Assembly: GCF_030144855.1 (NCBI RefSeq)
Contig: NW_026779118.1
Location: 1 to 64,000, forward strand
Direction: 5' to 3'
From: Hypanus sabinus
Lineage: Eukaryota
Length of the DNA stretch: 64,000 nucleotides
Shown: piece by piece, positions 61,201 through 64,000 of the stretch
Layout: every line of letters begins with the position of its first letter
Numbering within the stretch: the stretch's first letter is position 1
The notes under the pieces: generated by a model
What the model saw: only the letters and a program-made list of their open reading frames with translations
Database searches by the model: none
What the model was told of the DNA's origin: nothing
Translations under genes and position numbers: made by a program

Positions 61201-63071
61201 AATTGCACTTGGCTACAGTTTAATTGTCCCGTGGAGCATGTGAAAATAAACTACCCGTGCCCCCTGCTGTTGAAGCCAAAAGTAGAGTGACTTCGTATTT
61301 AATATCTGGCTGAGGAGTTGGCGGAGGAGGGATGGCGTAGGAATAATGATCATGGGTTCCTCCAGGGAAGTTGCGACCTCTAGAGAAGGGGCGGTTGGCT
61401 CCTGAACTGGGGAGGGGTAAACATTCCTGTGGGAAGGCTTCTTGTCGCTGCACGATAGGCAACTAAGTGGAGTTGCAATTGGAAGGGAGCCAGATTGACA
61501 GAAGGATCCGTGGAGATCTGGCGCAGCCAGATTTCGGCATGACGTCGGCTCCTCCGGATTGGCTGATGTGCAATGAGCCGAAATTGATCAGAGAGCTTAT
61601 GGAAAATAGAATGTTGGTGTAAGTGATCATCATATGATCGACTTCATCCTGAAATGTGAGAAGGCGAACCTGAAGAGTCAGATGAACCAGTGTTACAGTG
61701 GGTTAAAAGGAGTTAGAGAAACACTAGAGAGGGGTTGGCCAGATTTACTTGAGAAATAACACTGGCGGGGATGACGGCAGAGGAGGAAGGAATATTCTAA
61801 AGGAAAGATGACATAACCGTGGCGGAGAAGAGAAGTCAAAGCCAACATGAAGGTCAAAAGGAGGGTATATGATGGAACAATCATTAATGGGAAGTCAGAT
61901 GATTGGGAAGTTGTATAAAAAACAATTGGCAACTAAAAGGTCATTTAGAAGGTAAAGATGAATGAGAAAGCACTCCAGCCACTAATATTAATGAAGATCG
62001 GCACAGAGTCTTAACGTACAAAAAGTGTGAAACGAGAAGCAAGAGTGGATATCGGGCCGTACAGAAACGATAGTGGAGAGGTAGTACGGGGAACAAGGAA
62101 CTGGTGGACAAACTGCATCATCCCTCACCGTGGAACACACTGTGAAATGTCGGATGTTTCAGGTATCAGGGGTCATGCGATGTCAGCATTCATTACAAGG
62201 GGACTAGAATATAAAAGGAGGGATGTAGTGCTGAAACTTGATGAAGCACCGGTGAGGCCTCACTTGGAGTATTGTGATGCATTTTGGGACCCTTGTCGTT
62301 GAGAGAGAATGTGATTAAACTGAAGCGGTTTCCAAAGAAGTTCGCCAAAATGATCCCAAGTTTGAACGGCTTTACTGGAGAAGAGGGTTTGATGGGTCCG
62401 TGCCTCTACCCACTGGGGTTCAGAAGAATGTGGGGAGACCTCATGGAAACCTATCGAATTGTGAAAGGCCTTGTTGGAGTGGATGTGGGAAAGATGATTC
62501 TCATGGCGGGAGAGTCTAATCCCAGAAGACACAACCTGTGCATAGAGTGGTATCCTTTCAGAAACCAAGGCGAAAATGAATCTCTTTCTTCAGAACATGA
62601 TGAATCTGAGAATTATGTTCCACAGGCAGCTGTAGAGGGAGTATCGTTATGTCAATTTTCATCTTCATCAATACTCTTATTCATCAATATGCAACGTTGT
62701 GGATTGATATCGTTAGAATTTGCTCAGGCATTTAGTTGGATTACACGGGCCCGTCTGCACCAACACCATTAATTATAGGACCTCAACAAAGGGAGGTACG
62801 GACTACCTACCGAACACAATGATTTCCGTGGTTGAGGCATTATTCCTTTTTGTAATCGTGTTATAGGCCTCACAAGTATACTTTCCCGTGTGGGCCACAG
62901 AAACGCTGTCGAGGACGACCTCATGCCCACTTTGTAGGCGGGCACCATTCTGTTCCCAATTCAATTCAGCATCTGGGCGGGACTCCGTGGAACATGTTAA
63001 CCTGATCGTGCTTCCAGCAATGTAAAAAGATGCGTGCGGTTGAGTGATGACGGATGGACGATCCGGTCCGT
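55244..63071 (-). CDS. CEACAM: CEACAM-like receptor gene 2, 3' part (B1-A2-[dead B2]-TM-cyt1-4 with ITAM); 5' exons beyond the window end
   Basis: Exon-for-exon paralogue of gene 1 with identical exon sizes; two splice acceptors are mutated, so functional versus pseudogene status is unresolved. Confidence 0.75.
56399..56440 (-). CDS. Gene 2 cytoplasmic exon 3 (GARNNAQDGDSTYT)
   Basis: 42 nt, TTTCAAG| and ACG|GTAAGG. Confidence 0.78.
56940..57600 (-). mobile_element. CR1 3' end in the gene 2 cyt2-cyt3 intron
   Basis: TPHLEYCAQFWS, ERVQGRFVRMLPG. Confidence 0.85.
57971..58035 (-). CDS. Gene 2 cytoplasmic exon 2 (S-DFDTKTVNSSEYYENVQMDEQ)
   Basis: 65 nt, CCTCAG| and CAG|GTTGGA. Confidence 0.78.
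58435..58490 (-). CDS. Gene 2 cytoplasmic exon 1 (G-IIYPPKSTSGTGRNSGWK-S)
   Basis: 56 nt, TATTCAG| and A|GTGAGT. Confidence 0.75.
58896..59007 (-). CDS. Gene 2 TM exon (ENCTFRAGAIVGIILGLLITGLVGGFSGWLFARKAG-G); homologous start at 59019 lost, in-frame cryptic start at 59007
   Basis: The homologous acceptor reads GTCAT| instead of TTCAG|; AAAACAG|AT 12 nt downstream keeps phase 1; donor GG|GTAATT. Confidence 0.75.
59274..60487 (-). pseudogene. Gene 2 B2 pseudo-exon (acceptor AG>AA, internal 53-bp expansion, further +1 shift near the 3' end)
   Basis: Aligns to 7978-8235 on both sides of the repeat; acceptor reads TTTTATAA|ATGGA; in-frame stops arise in the repeat and near the end. Confidence 0.88.
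59375..60385. repeat. Minisatellite of about 19 x 53 bp made from B2 coding sequence
   Basis: GGAGATT recurs at 59401, 59454 ... 60356 (19 times; one interval is 54 bp). Confidence 0.95.
60634..60909 (-). CDS. Gene 2 IgC2 A2 exon
   Basis: 276 nt, TTACAG| and T|GTGAGT, highly similar to 8317-8592. Confidence 0.9.
61480..62640 (+). mobile_element. Degenerate CR1 ORF2 pieces in the gene 2 B1-A2 intron
   Basis: SDHHMIDF-like motif and RPHLEYC. Confidence 0.65.
62811..63071 (-). CDS. Gene 2 IgC2 B1 exon
   Basis: 261 nt, TTTTAG| and G|GTAGGT, GPDRP start, both cysteines present. Confidence 0.88.
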
Positions 63072-64000
63072 CTAAAAGAAACGGACAAAAGGGGTTGCAA
63101 CTAATCACACAGGAGATATAACAGCATTCCTCAGCGGAAGAGGAAGAACAGCCCACCACCAGAGAAAGCGCTCCCACACACCGGAGAATGCATCCGTCTG
63201 GAAGCCACGCGCGGGAAAGAGGAGAGTCGGGACACAGTGTCAGATTATCCACGTCTTCCGAAACTATGAACTGCACAGTTACCTCATATCCCAAAACCCG
63301 TCTCCTCCTCCAAGCTGGATACAATGCACGCCAGTCATAAGCGTATCGTTTCGTAAAACTTCCCCAGGTGTGTGTTTTGTGGAAGGGAGTTCAGAAAAAC
63401 GTTCCAGACAAAATTCAAAGCGTTGCTCTGCGGGGATAGGTAAGGCAACTTGCAGTGTGTAAATGCAATAACTCATGTAATCAGTGATCGGGCCGAATGT
63501 CATGTAGGCACACACTATGCAGTCAAGTCACTGACCACGTGTGCAATTATCGGGACACTCCAGTTTACAGCGTGTTATCGTAGGACGCGTTTTTAGTTCC
63601 AATATTCTAGGTTTAGTCTCTATCAGTGAGGACCGGTGGCTGTAACACCACTGCCCATTGTGATTTTCATCCAGATCTAACAGCTGTAACTTCCCGCTTC
63701 CACATGTGCACTGAAGCAATGGATCCCCACCTCGTCGTAGCGATGGACATTTGCCAGAAGGGTTGTGGGGCTGATATGGACTGTGAGCGTTTTACACTCT
63801 GAACTTTCCCTGTCCCTTTCGGTGAACGGAATTATTACCAAACTTCCTAAACAGCCTTACACTGCGCCGGAGATTCAATGGTGCATTTAATTGAAAAGTA
63901 ATAACTTTGCACTCACTGTACCAAGTTCGGATCAGCTTCCGTGGTGTTGTGAAAAAAAAACAGAAACTAGAATTAGAATTTTAAAGAGATAATTTCAATA

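Noticed and set aside
63780-64000. Gene 2 A1 exon at the distance seen in gene 1
   Set aside because: Donor-like sites are present but no Ig motif in any frame; the exon is presumably beyond the window

Overview
This is vertebrate genomic DNA, not microbial. It is probably from a cartilaginous fish, inferred from dense CR1-type LINE 3' ends with (TTCTATG)n/(TATGGTTA)n/(CTATTGT)n tails, Rex/Babar LINE pieces and Penelope pieces. The window holds a CEACAM-like immunoglobulin-superfamily receptor cluster, reconstructed exon by exon from GT-AG sites and reading phase. Gene 1 (minus strand, 23809 to beyond position 1) reads leader - five cysteine-less IgV 'N' exons - A1-B1-A2-B2 IgC2 exons - TM - three cytoplasmic exons, giving 997 in-frame codons. 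Two of its internal N exons have their own leader exons, which suggests a variable-cassette or multi-promoter design. Gene 2 (minus strand, 5' end beyond 64000 to about 55244) encodes a complete ITAM. Its B2 exon has been destroyed by a 19 x 53-bp internal expansion plus loss of the acceptor, and its TM acceptor is mutated but has an in-frame AG 12 nt downstream. Between the genes lie a deleted Gmr1-like Gypsy element whose gag carries 15 x 33-aa repeats, an orphan ITAM exon duplicated from gene 1's 3' end, a plus-strand amplified array of dead IgC2 exons, and a Penelope-type minimal hammerhead motif. There are two assembly gaps. All exon models are read by eye and lack transcript support.
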